A stretch of 64,000 nucleotides of DNA from positions 9,612,001 to 9,676,000 of the forward strand of contig CM059433.1 in the NCBI GenBank assembly GCA_030390025.1. The letters run 5' to 3'. Position numbers and translations under genes: made by a program. Within the stretch, counting starts at the first letter, position 1. Every line of letters starts with the position of its first letter. Shown here one piece after another: positions 1-13,352 of the stretch. The notes beneath the pieces were generated by a model. That model saw nothing but the letters and a program-made list of their open reading frames with translations. It had not been told where the DNA came from and did no database searches. The stretch is from Squalus acanthias. Taxonomy: Eukaryota.

Positions 1-65
1 TATACTCAATTTAATATTAATTAACGTGTGGAGAAACTCAGGACATTGGAAATACCTCAGCCCAG

Positions 66-493
66 AAAAGAAAAAGAAAAGAGAGACTTGCATTTATATA
101 GCGCCTTTCACGACCATCGGACGTCTCAAAGCCCTTTACAGCCAATGAGGCACTTTTTGAAGTGGAGTCACTGTTGTAATGTGGGAAATGCAGCAGCCAA
201 TTTGCGCACAGCAAGCTCCCACAAACAACAATGTGAAAATGACCAGATAATCTGTTTTTGTTATGTTGATTGAGGGATAAGTATTGACCCAGGACACTGG
301 GGATAACTCCCCCGCTCTTCTTCGAAATAGTGCCATGGGATCTTTTACGTCCACCTGAGAGAGCAGACGGGGCCTCGGTTTAACGTCTCACCCGAAAGAC
401 GGCACCTCCGACAGTGCGGCACTCCCTCAGCACTGCACTGGGAGTGTCAGCCTAGCTTTAATGTGCTCAAGTCCCTGGAGTGGGACTTGAGCA
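66..493 (-). mobile_element. tRNA-derived Deu-domain SINE (SacSINE1/DeuSINE-like), head largely truncated
   Basis: Reverse complement of the SINE at 19021-19467: same central domain (gtaaaagatcccatggcactatttcgaag) and the same tail (gcgctatataaatgcaagtc). It is absent from the paralogous site near 52875. Confidence 0.85.
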
Positions 494-1289
494 CCATGCA
501 CAGTAATGCCGGCAAACAGTATAAAGGCCATCAGCCTTCTTCAGTAGCCTGGCCCATCGACATCCTCATCTGAGTCGTCTGCAGCAGAACTAATGAGTGA
601 CCCCTATCACACTTTTCTGCCCAGGAACCAATCAGAAAACACTTAACCACTCCCCATTTCCCAGTCTCAACATATTTCGCAAATCACCATATCCTTATTC
701 ATCAGTGGTGTCTATTATATATATAAATTTGCAACACATCTTGTGTATAGCAGGTACCATCACACACTTCCTGTAGTGCTTTTGTGTAACACTTCTGTGT
801 CATTCGTAATCATTGACAAATGCATTTCAACACATCTGAATGGATTATTCTTGCTACATGATTGACTCCCAGCCATGGTTCCTCCAGCCCTCACTCCCAT
901 TTTCTCAAGAGCTGCAACAGGCCAAAGAAGAAAACTAAAACTAAAAACAATCCAAAAATGAGTGACTAGCTCCAAGTTAGGTAGAGTGTTGTTAAACGGT
1001 GATTACTACAATCAAGATCATTTACATTTTCTGTCTTTTCTTATCGAGGCAAAACAATCTTAAATGCTGTGTGTTTCAGCTCCCTCTGCAACGTATTGGT
1101 TCCACAAGGTCGACAAATTCCTAAGCTAACCTGTCAATCAAACAAAACCAGGGTTCTCACCTGCAATGTGAACTAAGTGAACCCGCCATTCTTTCCAAGG
1201 ATGCGGAGCAATTACATATTGAAGCCTTAAAAGGGACGCACACCAACGTACCATTTTACATGGCCGACTTTTCCTGTTCTTATAAAACA

Positions 1290-1710
1290 GCAACAAGAGC
1301 TTGCATTTATATAGCCCCTTTAACATAGCAAATACGTCCCAAGGCGTTTTACAGGAGAATTATCAGTCAAAATTAGAAACTGAGCGATATGAAGAGATAT
1401 GAGGAGAGGCAGCTTGAAGTTTGATCAAAGAGGTAGGTTTTAAGGAGCATCTTAAAGGAGGAGAGGGAAGGCATGGCCGCCAATGGTGGGTCAATGGAAA
1501 TCGGGGATGCACAAGTGGCCAGAATTAGAGGAACCTCGAGATCTCGGAGGGTTGGTGGAGTTTAGAAATAGGGAGGGATTTGAACACGAGGATGATTATT
1601 TTAAATTCGAGGCACTGCCCCGAACCAATATACGACAGCGAGCACAGGGATGATGGGGGAGCAGGACTTGATGTGAGTTAGGATTCAGGCAGCAGGGTTT
1701 TGGATGATCC
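1290..1710 (-). mobile_element. L2 LINE 3' fragment (old, shared with paralogue 55655-56150)
   Basis: Similar to the 3' end of the L2 at 10390-10900 (ttgcatttatatagc...ggtcaaagaggtaggttttaaggagc...gtgagttagga). Confidence 0.75.
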
Positions 1711-2112
1711 TCTCTAGTTTATTTTTAGAGATCCTCGAACTTATTGTGAGCAGCACCACAGGAGGTTTATTAACATATCTTGCTCTGGCACGTATCTGTC
1801 ACAAAGTGCCAAATGTATTTAAAAAAAGGAAACCGTTTCATGCTGTTTGTTTTTAACCTTAATTTTTTAATAACTTCCCACATTACAACAGTGACTACAC
1901 TCCAAAAGCACTTCATTGGCTGTAAAGCGCTTTGAGGTGGTCGTGAAAGGCGCTATATAAATGCAAGTCTTTCTTTCTTAATAATTTTTTTAAGGGCTGG
2001 AGCCAGGGATTCACAAGCTGCTGTCATTCTAAACAATTCTCCTTCACTTGACTTCCGTGAGTCCCTATTTAGGCCACTTCCCCATAGAATGTACTTGAGC
2101 AGTGGTGTTAAA

Positions 2113-2620
2113 GGAAGGATATTCTTGCATTGGAGGCAGTCCAGAGACGATTCACTCGGTTGATTCCTGAGATGAGGGGGTTGACTTATGAGGAAAGGTT
2201 GAGCAGGTTGGGCCTATACTCATTGGAATTTAGAAGAATGAGAGGTGATCTCATTGAAACATATGAGATACCGAGGGTAGATGCTGAGAGGATGTTTCCC
2301 CTCGTGGGGGAATCTAGAACTCGGGGGCATAGTTTCAGAATAAAGGGTCGCCCTTTTAGAGCTGAGATGAGGAGGAATTTCTTCTCTCAGAGGGTCGTAA
2401 ATCTGTGGAATTCTCTGCCCCAGAGAGCCGTGGAGGCTGGGTCATTAAATACATTTAAGGTGGAGATAGACAAATTTCTGCAAGATAAGGGAGTAAAGGG
2501 TTATAGGGAGCGGGCAGGGAAGTGGCTTTGAGTCCAAGATCAGCCATGATCTTATTGAATGGCGGAGCAGGCTCGAGGGGCCAAATGGCCTATTCCTGCT
2601 CCTGTTTCTTATGTTCTTAT
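2113..2620 (+). mobile_element. CR1 LINE 3' fragment
   Basis: ORF 2130-2531 is a typical CR1 ORF2 C-terminus (LEAVQRRFTRLIP...YEERL...RGHS...FFSQRVVNLWNSLP), followed by the CR1 3' UTR and a ttcttatg tail. Confidence 0.92.
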
Positions 2621-3613
2621 GTAAAGGGACAGGCCAGCTAAATACAACCTCCATCTCAGCGGCTAAACATCACAATCGTACTCCAGACCACCTGTGAGCA
2701 ATGCCATAGGAGGTCAGCAGTATCTAGCTACTTTCATCAGAGTGAGGACCATTAGTGCTGGGCCTGGAGATCAAAAACACTTACCACTTTGTCGGCTCAG
2801 CCCATGCCATTGCTACCTCTTACATTTACGTTAAAGATTTCCTGTATTGCCAGCAAGTTCAAGCTCGCGCTCTCATTTTCTCAGCTTATTTAAAAAATAT
2901 TCAACTTAAAAGAATCTTGTGGCTGAAGGACAACCAATAGAATCAACAAAAACAAATTGTGGTCAAGTATTTTATCAATGTAAATCTTTCTCTTCGAGTA
3001 CAGATGTTCCCAAATTTAATCATATCCTGAATTATAAATTCACATATTCAACAATACCAGAGTTTTAGGATCAAAAGATCTTGGGCCCCCATTGAATCCC
3101 TTAAATACAACAGTGTTGTCCAGGGGTGAGCCACAGAGAACTAATGTCCACTTCTGCTATTGAGTCTTCAGTGCACTGCAACCGAGTACCAGATTAGAGT
3201 GGGGCCGCTGACATTAAATTGGAGGAAGGGGACACAACATCAATCGTTCCTGTCCCAGTGATGGCTGCTCAGATCAGTCACCCATCCCACCAACCTCAGT
3301 TTTAAATTTGCAGAAGAAGTCTGAGAAGACAATAGTGTTGAGTCCATTTTAAACAGTACAGTTGTGGCACAGTGCCAGTCCTACACCACCCCCGGCCTGG
3401 CATTGTTTAGGTTACTGCATGAAATCACTTTAAAAAATAAAATACTCATAATAAAAAAGGAAGTAAGTATTGATACAACATTTGATACACAAACAAGGCT
3501 TATTTTCTTAAATCTTGCAATCTGCGCATATTCACTTGGTTCAGCTTTAACTTTTTCTAAGGAACAATACTAGCTTCTAAATGTTACGGCTCAATTTATC
3601 CGCTACGACTCAC

Positions 3614-3724
3614 AATTTCTGGTGCTGAACATTTCAACAGGTCGTAGATGTGTTTTACTACAGTGTTGCGTAAGCCATGCTTTGCAGATCTCTTCAAGGG
3701 CGTTTTTACCCTTCTGACTGTAAT
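3614..3724 (-). CDS. Candidate exon of NUP153-like paralogue copy 1 (111 nt, phase 0-0)
   Basis: Acceptor ttttttgtag, donor ATT|gtgagt, open frame ITVRRVKTPLKRSAKHGLRNTVVKHIYDLLKCSAPEI. Paralogous to the exons at 56886-57002 and 63895-64000. Confidence 0.55.
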
Positions 3725-3857
3725 CTACAAAAAAGCAACAAGTGAACGCATTTGATCACATACATTGTACACCACTATTAGCAGGAGCAAAAGTGTTCAG
3801 AGTATGTATAATTACTAAAAAGAATTAACACATATACGGGGCAATATCCGTTTCAAG

Positions 3858-4695
3858 TTGCAACAAGACCTGGACGACGTTCAGGCTTGGGCTGATAAGT
3901 GGCAGGTAATATTTGTGCCACAGAAGTGCCAGGCAATGACTATCTCCAACAAGCTAGAGTCTAACCACCGCCCCTTGACATTCAATGGCATTACCATCGC
4001 CGAATCCTCCCACCATCAACATCCTGGGGGGTCACCATTAACCAGAAACTTAACTGGACCAGCCACATAAATACTGTGGCAAAAAGAGCAGGTCAGAGGC
4101 TGGGTATTCTGCGGCGAGTGTCTCACCTCCTGACTCCCCAAAGCCTTTCCACCATCTACAAGGCACAAGTAAGGAGTGTGATGGAATACTCTCCACTTGC
4201 CTGGATGAGTGCAGCTTCAACAACACTCAAGAAGCTCGACACCATCCAGGACAGAGCAGCCCGCTTGATTGGCACCCCATCTATCACCTTAAACATTCAC
4301 TCCCTCCACCACTGGCGTATGATGGCTACAGTGTGTACCATCTACAAGATGCATTGCAGCAACTCGCCAAGGCTTCTTCGGCAGCACCTCCCAAACCTGC
4401 GACCTCTTCCACCTAGAAAGACAAGGACAGCAGATGCATGGGAACACCACCACCACCAAGTTCCCCTCCAAGTCACACACCATCCTGACTTAGAAGTATA
4501 TCGCCGATCCTTCATCATCGCTGGGTCAAAATCCTGGAACTCCCTACCTGACAGCACTGTGGGAGTACCTTCACCACACGGACTGCAGCAGTTCAAGAAG
4601 GCGGCTCACCACCACCTTCTCAAGGGCAATTAGGGATGGGTAATAAATGTTGGCCTTGCCAGGGACGCCCACATCCCATAAATGAATTTTTTTTA
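3858..4695 (+). mobile_element. Second CR1-group non-LTR family (Zenon-like), 3' fragment
   Basis: ORFs 3858-4070 and 4076-4633 encode an RT C-terminus (LQQDLDDVQAWADKWQV; YKAQVRSVMEYSPLAW; LDTIQDRAARLI). Absent from the paralogous site near 57135. The clade name is from memory. Confidence 0.8.
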
Positions 4696-5585
4696 ATGTT
4701 CTTGCGCGCCAAAGACCTTCTCAGGTTTAGTGGAGTCAGTCACTCCTGTAGATGGTCTGAGCTGGTCTACAATGGGGAGGGCAAGGCTGGTGATCAAAGA
4801 AAGTCATTCTGCTCCCTAGATTATATATTCGCAAACATGAGATTTGATTTTGCCAAATATTCTACTTGCAGTATGCTAGGGAAAGTACAACTTCAAGGAA
4901 TGGCACTAATCATTTAAAAATAAAACTCGTCATTCAGGCACACAGGCAATCAAGAATAAATGTAGTCTTCAAGTCAAAGTGAGCGAGAAGGTGGAAAATA
5001 ATTGAACTAGGGCTGAGGTGGGACTGAGCAGATAGAAGGCGAGAATAGGGAAGGTGCGCCAGGGTGGGGAAGGTAGAGTGAGGTGGAGCAGGGTAGACAT
5101 GGTGGGGAAAAAGGACAGAGCAGGGTTGAAAGGTAGAATATGTTGAGAGGCCAGAGGACGAGAGTTAGATATCTACCGGATGTGAGGAGAGAGAAAATTA
5201 AAAGGTCACCATAGGATGTTAAAGTGGGTTTGGAGACTAAAGGAAGCAGCTGTACTGTTGGAACCAGCGACAAAAATGGGAGCGAAGAGGATAGGCAGGG
5301 AAGGACAGAATAAACTGTGGAGAACTCTGACAAAAAATTAACTAAATAAATTGAAAGGGCCCTTACACTTGAACATCATTAATTAAATAAAATCTGAGGC
5401 TTCACTGGAAAAAATTAAATACACGGCTGTAGAGTGGCCGATTAGTGAGAACGGAAGGAAGCGAAACTGACAATTGGCTTTTGGCGACAGGGCTGCAGTA
5501 CCACAAGGCCAACGAGACGGGCCGGCCAGCCAACAAGAGCAGCTAAACAGCGGCAGCAGAATGGCCCAGTGGTGAAAGCAGCCAT

Positions 5586-5716
5586 CTGATGAAAGGTCAT
5601 CGACCTGAAACGTTAACTCTGTTTCTCTCTCCACAGATGCTGCCTGACCTGCTGAGTATTTCCAGCATTTTCTGTTTTTATTTCAGATTTCCAGCATCCG
5701 CAGTATTTTGCTTTTG
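5586..5716 (+). mobile_element. Penelope pseudo-LTR fragment with hammerhead core (family A)
   Basis: ctgatga-a-aggtc-atc-gacct-gaaacgttaact, followed by the same repeat seen at the end of the GIY-YIG-bearing fragment 42403-42873. Confidence 0.75.
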
Positions 5717-5957
5717 TGTTATCTAACAAACGCTGGTGGAAAGAGATGCACCTCACTAATGGCAATACTGCTGTTAAACAGAAGGGAACAGGCAAAAAAC
5801 AGGAGTTGGGGAGGGGGAACATGCATTTCTGTGTGCTTCCATGTCCCTTTACAACAGATTTACCTTTACCATGATGTCTGTTGTTCTCTGGGAAATGCAC
5901 TGCCATGGGATTACCCTGTGCCAAATGTTAAGTTACTGCAGTTAGAATTGACATAAA

Positions 5958-6699
5958 GGGCTAGAAATTCGGTATCACCCCGGCCGGGGTGCTAACTTTT
6001 GAAAAGTTGGCAGTTTAGTGCCAGGCGCTAATCAATATCGCTGCCCGCTAAATCCAGTCTCAGCGCTCAAAGTATGCAGGTGAGTGCTAAATCAGGCACT
6101 AATGGCGTAGGTGAGTGGCGTTAGGCTCCAAGCAATAACGAATATGAGGTGTTGTGTAATCGGGAGTGAGCATTTGCAAAGGCGCTTTCCAGCCATTAAA
6201 GAGGAGGGTCACTGGAGTCTGCACACCAGCCCCCAATGAGTCGGGGAGTGCAGAACGGTGATATGCTAAGGAATGAAATGTAAAGTGCTTTGACGGCCCG
6301 CAAGACTCTGGGGACTAAGCAGCCTTTATTTGGCTGCAGGTACATCCTGCGTTCTCCACCACTCATAACTGACCGGTGGAACAGAAATTCCTTGACAGCT
6401 GGGGCGCATCCCGTTAAGCAGCGCCCCGCCAGCCGGCTGGTTCACGCCTCCGCTCCCTGGCGCTGTCAGCGCGAGGCGGTAAGGCGGGGGGGGGCGCTAC
6501 TGAAGTTTGCAGATCGGGTGCCTAGCGAGCGTTGGGCGCTCGCTGACGTCACGATCTGCATGGCGAAAGGTGTTATCGCCGGTGCTATGGGACTGGCGAA
6601 TTTGCCGTGCGGCGCGGGATTCACTTCTGCCTGAGTGCCCCATTAATGCGCCCCCGCCAGGTGCTAACTGGGGGCGCTAACATGCCAAATTTCTCCCCC
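5958..6699. mobile_element. Harbinger-type MITE
   Basis: Imperfect TIRs gggctagaaatt / aatttctccccc, 3-bp TSD aaa, GC-rich subterminal gcgcta repeats. Related to 21684-23467 and 51762-52532. Confidence 0.75.
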
Positions 6700-6946
6700 A
6701 AAGGGTTTAAATTCAGTTGACTGAGTCACACGACGTTAGTTGACAAAACACAATGCTCACAGCGGCACCTACAGGCACAATACCATTAGAATGCTGCAAC
6801 AATTCACCATCTTTAATGGATAACAATAGACACTATATGCCCTCGTATTAATAAGGTGAACATGAATTCAAACTAACACTGTTCTATGATAGGTTTCATC
6901 AACTTTTAAAGTGAGAGGTTTGAGGAACTATCAGGATGTCACACAC

Positions 6947-7152
6947 TAAGTCACACACCATCCTGACTTGGGAATATATCGCCGATCCTTCATTGTCGCT
7001 GGGTCAAAATCCTGGAATTCCCTTCCTAACAGCACGGTGGGAGTAACTTCACCACATGGACTGCAGCGGTTCAAGAAGGCGGCTCACCACCACCTTCTCG
7101 AGGGCAGTTAGGGATGGCCAATAAACGCCGGCCTTGCCAGCAACGCCCACAT
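6947..7152 (+). mobile_element. Zenon-like LINE 3' end
   Basis: Matches 4470-4690. Confidence 0.8.
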
Positions 7153-8279
7153 CCCACGAACGAATAAAAAAAAGGAAACACAGCTCCAGAGCATTTTGTG
7201 CAAGAAGCATAAATGTTCACTTTTTAACCGAAATTCAGCTAACATCAGAAATGAACATGATCATGAGCAAGTCGCAAATGCAGTTGGGATTCATTTTTAA
7301 AATTTTATTTCACTTGAGCTTCAGGATTTTGCCCCAGCATAATTAGATGTACTCATTCCTATAAAGCATCTTCTCTGCGGAAAAAAGTTACTGCATGAGA
7401 GACTCCACAAACACAAACTGAGTTAATTGTGGATAAATAACTGGACCAACTAACAGGGCACTCGTCCTTTATCAGCAATATCACCAACCAACCTCCATAA
7501 CACCAGCTGCATTATATTTAGAACAGCAGTTAACTATAGCAAAGATACATCTACAATGGCAATAGGCTGCTTACAGGGAGAAGGGTCTGAGAAACAGGCA
7601 GCCCCATTTTGTTCACACTTCTGCTGGTCTTTTGGATTGGATCTATTATGGAAAAGTTAAAGAAAGATAATAAGATGACATTCTTCACACTATATATTCA
7701 GTAGTTTAAATATTTGTGTTACTCACAATTCATTTTACATAGTAAGGTAATTATCTACAAACATATGCTGCGCTGTGTACGAGTGTAACACAATTGTGGA
7801 GTTCTGGTGCGGTTGCTTAACTGCAGAAGCAAAGCTTGCAAAGCTTACTATGCAGTCACGAGGACCTCTATATTGTGGCAAGAGTCCCATAATTCCATCC
7901 AGCATAAAATATTCTGTGATGGAATATTTAAAAAGTCATAATTATTATTGGTCACATCAGAGTAAAACCATCTCGAACTGTGGAGTGGCCACAGTGACAA
8001 GAGGAAAGAGTAGAAACTCGAAGTTTGACTGTGGTAGATGGTATTCCTTAGCTGGCGGTCCGGTTGGGTGCAGCATGTTACAGGACAAAGTGCACGTGGG
8101 CCATGGGGGGAACATGCTTTACGACCAAATAGGCTTCTCTCGTACAGAGTAATGTAAATACCATACCACCTGATGTTATATTAATAGCAGTTACACAAAA
8201 ACGGTTAAGGTACATCACATCACATTGAAAAAAATTAGTTCAACCTCAAAAAGAATTAAGGGGACAGTTAGTCTATTGT

Positions 8280-8505
8280 ACCAAGGAGATTAGAATGTGG
8301 AATTCTCTACCACAAACCATGGCTGAAGCAGAGACCATAAATTCTTCTAAAAGAGAATTCGACAGTTACTTGAAAAAAATGACATTAAACGGCATGAGGA
8401 GCAAACAGGAGAGTGAGATTAGATTAAGTAGCTGGTTTATCTGGAGAGGATCACCAGCACAGACTCGATGGGCTGAATGACCTGTTCCTGGGTTATAACA
8501 TCGTA
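8280..8505 (+). mobile_element. Old CR1 3' end
   Basis: Degenerate RMWNSLPQ...FKREFD motif plus a CR1 3' UTR (gatgggctgaatgacct). Confidence 0.6.
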
Positions 8506-9304
8506 TGATTTTTCCTGGTGTCATACAGGAATATTATAGTATGTGCGTATAAATGTATACACACACATTATGATCCACTCCCCAACGCAATTCATATTAC
8601 TCTCACAAAAGGAATACAGTTGTTTTTTTGGAAAAATATCTTACTTTGGCACGTATAATTAAATCTAATTAAGTCATTGGAATTTAAGTTCTGATTTTTC
8701 TAAGGTGAAAATTCTTTCTTTATTGACAACTGTATGATATGAGTTAGAGCACCACTAGGATACATAGGCTTGAACTTGGCTCAGACGGACAGGATAAAGG
8801 TCTTCTCTATGCTGCTTGGAAGGGCTGTCTATACTATCATTCCGAACAGTCTTAACACAGTGCCTATATAGTAACCGCAGCACAAACTGGCCATCTCACT
8901 CAGCGAAACCACAATGATGTGGGAAATGGAAAGGTAATTTAAGGGGTGATCTTCTGCAGCAATATTAATGCACATTGTTGAGGCAGAGTAGTGGTATACC
9001 TGACCTGGGACTGCTTGATTGAGACACTGTGACTGAAATGGGAAAGTTTACGATTCTCCAGAAATAGCATTTTTCACCTCAACTATATTCACTGAAATGT
9101 ATGTACGTTGAAAAAAATGCCTTCTTATTTGATAAATTGCCTTGCAAAACAATCCAATTGTTAAGTCAGCAGGGGTAAGCATGATGACATGATTGACAAT
9201 GGGATGACATAATCTTGATTGTGCCTCATGAAAAGCGCATCACTGTACTTCACGGCTTTTTTTTTACTCAAACAAACTTGTATAAAAAGAGATTCAGTAT
9301 GTTA

Positions 9305-9765
9305 GCATAGAAGCATAGAAGATAGGAGCAGGAGTAGGCCATTCGGCCCCTCGAGCCTGCTCCGCCATTAAATGAGATCATGGCTGATCATCCAAATTCA
9401 GTACCCTGTCCCTGCTTTCTCCCCATATCCCTTGATCCCTTTAGCCTTAAGAAATATATCTACCTCCTTCTTGAATATATTTAATGAATTGGCCTCAACT
9501 GCCTTCTGTGGTAGAGAATTCCACAGGTTCACCACTCTCTGGGTGAAGAAATTCCTCCTCATCTCAGTGCTAAATGGCCTACCCCTTATCCTTAGACTGT
9601 GACCCCTGGTTCTGGACTCCCCCACCATCGGGAACATCCTTCCTGCATCTAGTCTGTCTAGTCCTGTTAGAATTTTATAAGTTTCAATGAGATCCCCTCT
9701 CATTCTTCTAAACTCTAGCGAATATAAGCCTAATCGACCCAATCTCTCTTCATACGTCATTCCTG
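9305..9765 (-). mobile_element. CR1 LINE 3' fragment
   Basis: ORF 9398-9760 is a CR1 ORF2 C-terminus. Confidence 0.92.
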
Positions 9766-10149
9766 CCCACCCATAACATCACTGCATAACATAATTTGTA
9801 CAGCCAAATTCTGTTAATTCGCATTACCTCAATACCTCAGTTAAGTGGCCCTTCACTATAATGCTGTCTGAACATTGTCTGTGTCTCTCTCAATAAGAGA
9901 GAGCAAATAAAATAGTCCAAAATACAGCCAGATTGGAATGTGCTGTCTATGGCTCTGATGTATTGAGAAGCTGTTCTGGTTCACATGTAGGCAACAGCCC
10001 ATTACCTTAAAGGTGATCCGTCGGGGAAAATTAACTGGAGAAACGAAAAGTGGTAATTACAGTCCTGTGCATTCCAAGATCTATATTGACGAGACCCACC
10101 AAAAGCACTTACTTCATTTTACCAGAGTAAAAGGACTTATTTTGAATTT

Positions 10150-10385
10150 AATTGGTATAATTAATACTGAGGAAGACCACAACAAAATACAAGAAGATGT
10201 TAATAAACTTGCAGAATGGGTGTTTAATTGGCAAATGAATTTTAGTGTAGACAAGTGTGAGGTGTTGCATTTCGGTCAGAATAATGCAGAAACCACAAAG
10301 TCCCCTGGTAAAAAAGAGTCTAAATGGGGTACAGGAGCAAAGAGATCTGGGGTACAGATGCACAAATCACTAAAAATAGCACGCA
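10150..10385 (+). mobile_element. CR1 RT internal fragment
   Basis: IQEDVNKLAEWVFNWQMNFSVDKCEVLHFG. Confidence 0.75.
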
Positions 10386-10389
10386 GGTT

Positions 10390-13352
10390 AGTAACAACAA
10401 CAACTTTCATTTATATAGCGCCTTTAATGTAGTAAAATGTCCCAAGGCGCTTCACAAGAACGTTATCAATAAAAAAAATGTGACACCGAGCCACATAAGG
10501 ATAAATTAGGGCAGGTGACCAAAAGCTTGGTCAAAGAGGTAGGTTTTAAGGAGCGTCTTAAAGGAAGAAAGAGAGGTAGCGGTGTGGACAGGTTTAGGCA
10601 GGGAATTCCAGAGCTTAGGGCCTAGGCAACAGAAGGCACGGCCACCAAAGATTGAGCGATTATAATCAGGGATGCTCAAGAGGGCAGAATTAGCAGAGCG
10701 CAGGTATCTCAGGGGGGTTGTGGGGCTGGAGGAGATTAGAGAGATAGGAAGGGGCGAGGCCATGGAGGGATTTGAAAACAAGGATGATAATTTTGAAATC
10801 GAAGCGTTGCTTAACCGGGAGCTAATGTAGGTCAGCGAGCACAGGGGTGATGGGTGAACGGGACTTGGTGCGAGTTAGGACACGGGCAGCCGAGCTTTGG
10901 ATGACCTCAAGTTTACGTAGGGTGGAATGTGGGAGGCCAGGCAGGAGTGCGTTGAAATAATCAAGTCTTGAGGTAACAAAGGCATGGATGAGGGTTTCAG
11001 CAGCGGATGAGCTAAGGCACGGGCGGAGACAGGCGATGTTACGGAGGTGGAAACAGGTGGTCTTAGTTATGCTGTGGATATGTGGTCGGAAGCTCATTTC
11101 AGAGTCAAATAGGACACCAAAGTTGCGAACAGTGTGGTTCAGCCTCAGACAGATGTTAGGGAGAGGGATGGAATCAGTGGCTAGGGAAAGAAGTTTGTGG
11201 CGGGGACCGAAATCAATGCCTTCGGTCTTCCCAATATTTAATTTGAAAAAATTTCTGCTCATCCAGAACTGTATGCCGGACAAGCAGTCTGACAATTTAG
11301 AGACCGTGGAGGATTTGAGAGAAGTGGTAGTGAGGTAGAGCTGGGTGTTGTCAGCGTACATGTGGAAACTGATGCTGTGTTTTCAGATGATGTCGCAGAG
11401 GAGCACCATGCAGATGAGAAATAGGAGGGGGCCAAGGATAGATCCTTGGGGGACACCAGAGGTAACGATGCGGGAGCGGGAAGAGAAACCATTGCAGGTG
11501 ATTCTCTGGCTATGATTAGATAGATAAGAATGGAACCAGGCGAGTGCAGTCCCACCCAGCTGGGCGACGGTGGAGAGGCGTTGAAGAAGGATGGAGTGGT
11601 CAACCGTGTCAAAGGCTGCAGACAAGTCAAGAAGGACGAGGAGGGATAGTTTACCTTTGTCACAGTCGCAAAGGATGTCATTTGTGCCATGGATGAGAGC
11701 CGTTTCGGTACTGTGGCAAGGGCGGAAACCTGATTGGAGGGATTCAAACATGGAGTTGAGGGAAAAATGGGCATGGATTTGGGAGGCAACAACACATTCA
11801 AGGACTTTGGAGAGGAAAGGGAGGTTTGAGATGGGGCGGTAGTTTGCAAAGACTGAGGGGTCAAGGGTTGTTTTTTTGAGGAGAGGGCTGATGACGGCAG
11901 ATTTGAAGGAGAGGGGGACAGAGACCTGAGGAGAGAGAACCGTTAACAATGTCAGCTAACATGGGAGCCAGAAAAGGAAGTTGGGTGGTCAGAAGTTTAG
12001 TGTGAATAGGGTCGAGGGAGCAGGAAGTGGGTCTCATGGACAAGATGAGCGCGGAGAGGTCATGAGGGAGATCGGAGAGAAACTGGAGAAAGATGCGACT
12101 TTCAGGGCTAGGGCAGGGGGAACCTTGAGGAAGTTTGGCCCAGTGGGCTAGGGGAAGGAAGGGAAGCGGCAGAGGCAGCTGAACGGATGGTCTCAATCTT
12201 AGAGCCAAAGAAGTCCATGAGCTCCTCACACTTGTTGTCGGAGGTGAGGGTGGAGGAGACGGGGAGAGGGGTTTAAGAAGACTGTTAGCAGTGGAGAATA
12301 GAAGCTGGGGTTTATTTTTGCATTCCAGAATGATTCTGGATTAGTGAGCAATTTTCGCAGACGAGAGCAGGACCCGATAATGCTTTATGTGGTCCAGCCA
12401 GATCTGGCAGTCAATGGCTAAACCAGTTGTCCGCCATATCCGTTCAAGTCAACATCCCTTGGACTTAAGGGAACGAAGATGAAGGCCCCACCAGGGGGAA
12501 CGGCCAGGATCAGAGAGAGTAATTGTTTTAATAGGGACTAGGGCATCAAAGGTGGTGGTGAGGGTGTGGCTGAGCAGATCGGTAGCTGCAGAAATGTCGT
12601 GGTGAATGGAGGGCCAGAGGCTGGACAGTTGGGATTTCATAAGTGCAGTTGTAAGAGAGTTGGGAGAGAGTTTTTTCCAGAGGCGGACACAGAAGGAAGT
12701 AGTCTTGGGAGGGTGGCGGTGGTGGGGGGCGGCGGGGGTGGGGGGCATTGGTGGTGGTGGAAGGGGGATGTGGGTGGAGAGCGATACGAGGAAGTGGTCA
12801 GAGATGGCCTTATCTGCAGTTGACACGACGGGAGTAGCGAGGTCACGAGAGATGGCAAGGTCAAGGGGGTGGCCATGAATATGGGTTGGGGAGTTTACAT
12901 GGAGGGAGAGATTGAGGGAGGATAGGTGGCTAGTGAACTCAGAGGAGAGAGAGTATGATGAATTGAGATGGTGGTTGAAATCACCGAGGATGAGAAGTCG
13001 CTCGGTGCAGAGGCTGAGGGAGGAAAGCAGTAAAAATATTTTGGTAATAAAATTTTTATGGTACTTGGGTGGGTGGTAGAGAATGAGAATTTTAAATGAG
13101 AGGTGAGAGGGGTGGAATAAGGTGAGATGCTCAAAGGAGGAGAAAGTGCCAGAGGAGTAGGGTGACAGACCCAGGTGTGATTTGGTGATGAGAGCCACAC
13201 CGCCACCACGGCGGTCTGAGCGGGGCAAGTGGTGGAAGGTATAGCCAGGCGGGGAGGCTTCACTTAAGGGCAAGGTGTCATCACCCCTCAACCAAGTTTC
13301 CGTCAGGGCCATGATGTCGATGCAGTCATCCACGATAAGCTCATGGATGGCA
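10390..13352 (-). mobile_element. L2 LINE with near-complete degenerate ORF2 (APE endonuclease + RT)
   Basis: 12449-13378 has APE motifs (ALTETWL, RRGGGVAL, LGDFN, PTH..GHPLDL, ISDH). 11383-11949 and 10822-11361 have RT motifs (NYRPISNLPFLSK, QSGFR, LDLSAAFDTVDH, GVPQGSILGP, YADN). The 3' tail ends in (ttg)n. Confidence 0.95.

Noticed and set aside
4975..5335. Purine-rich tract with a 108-aa minus-strand ORF
   Set aside because: Low-complexity, probably a decayed repeat; the ORF is compositional.
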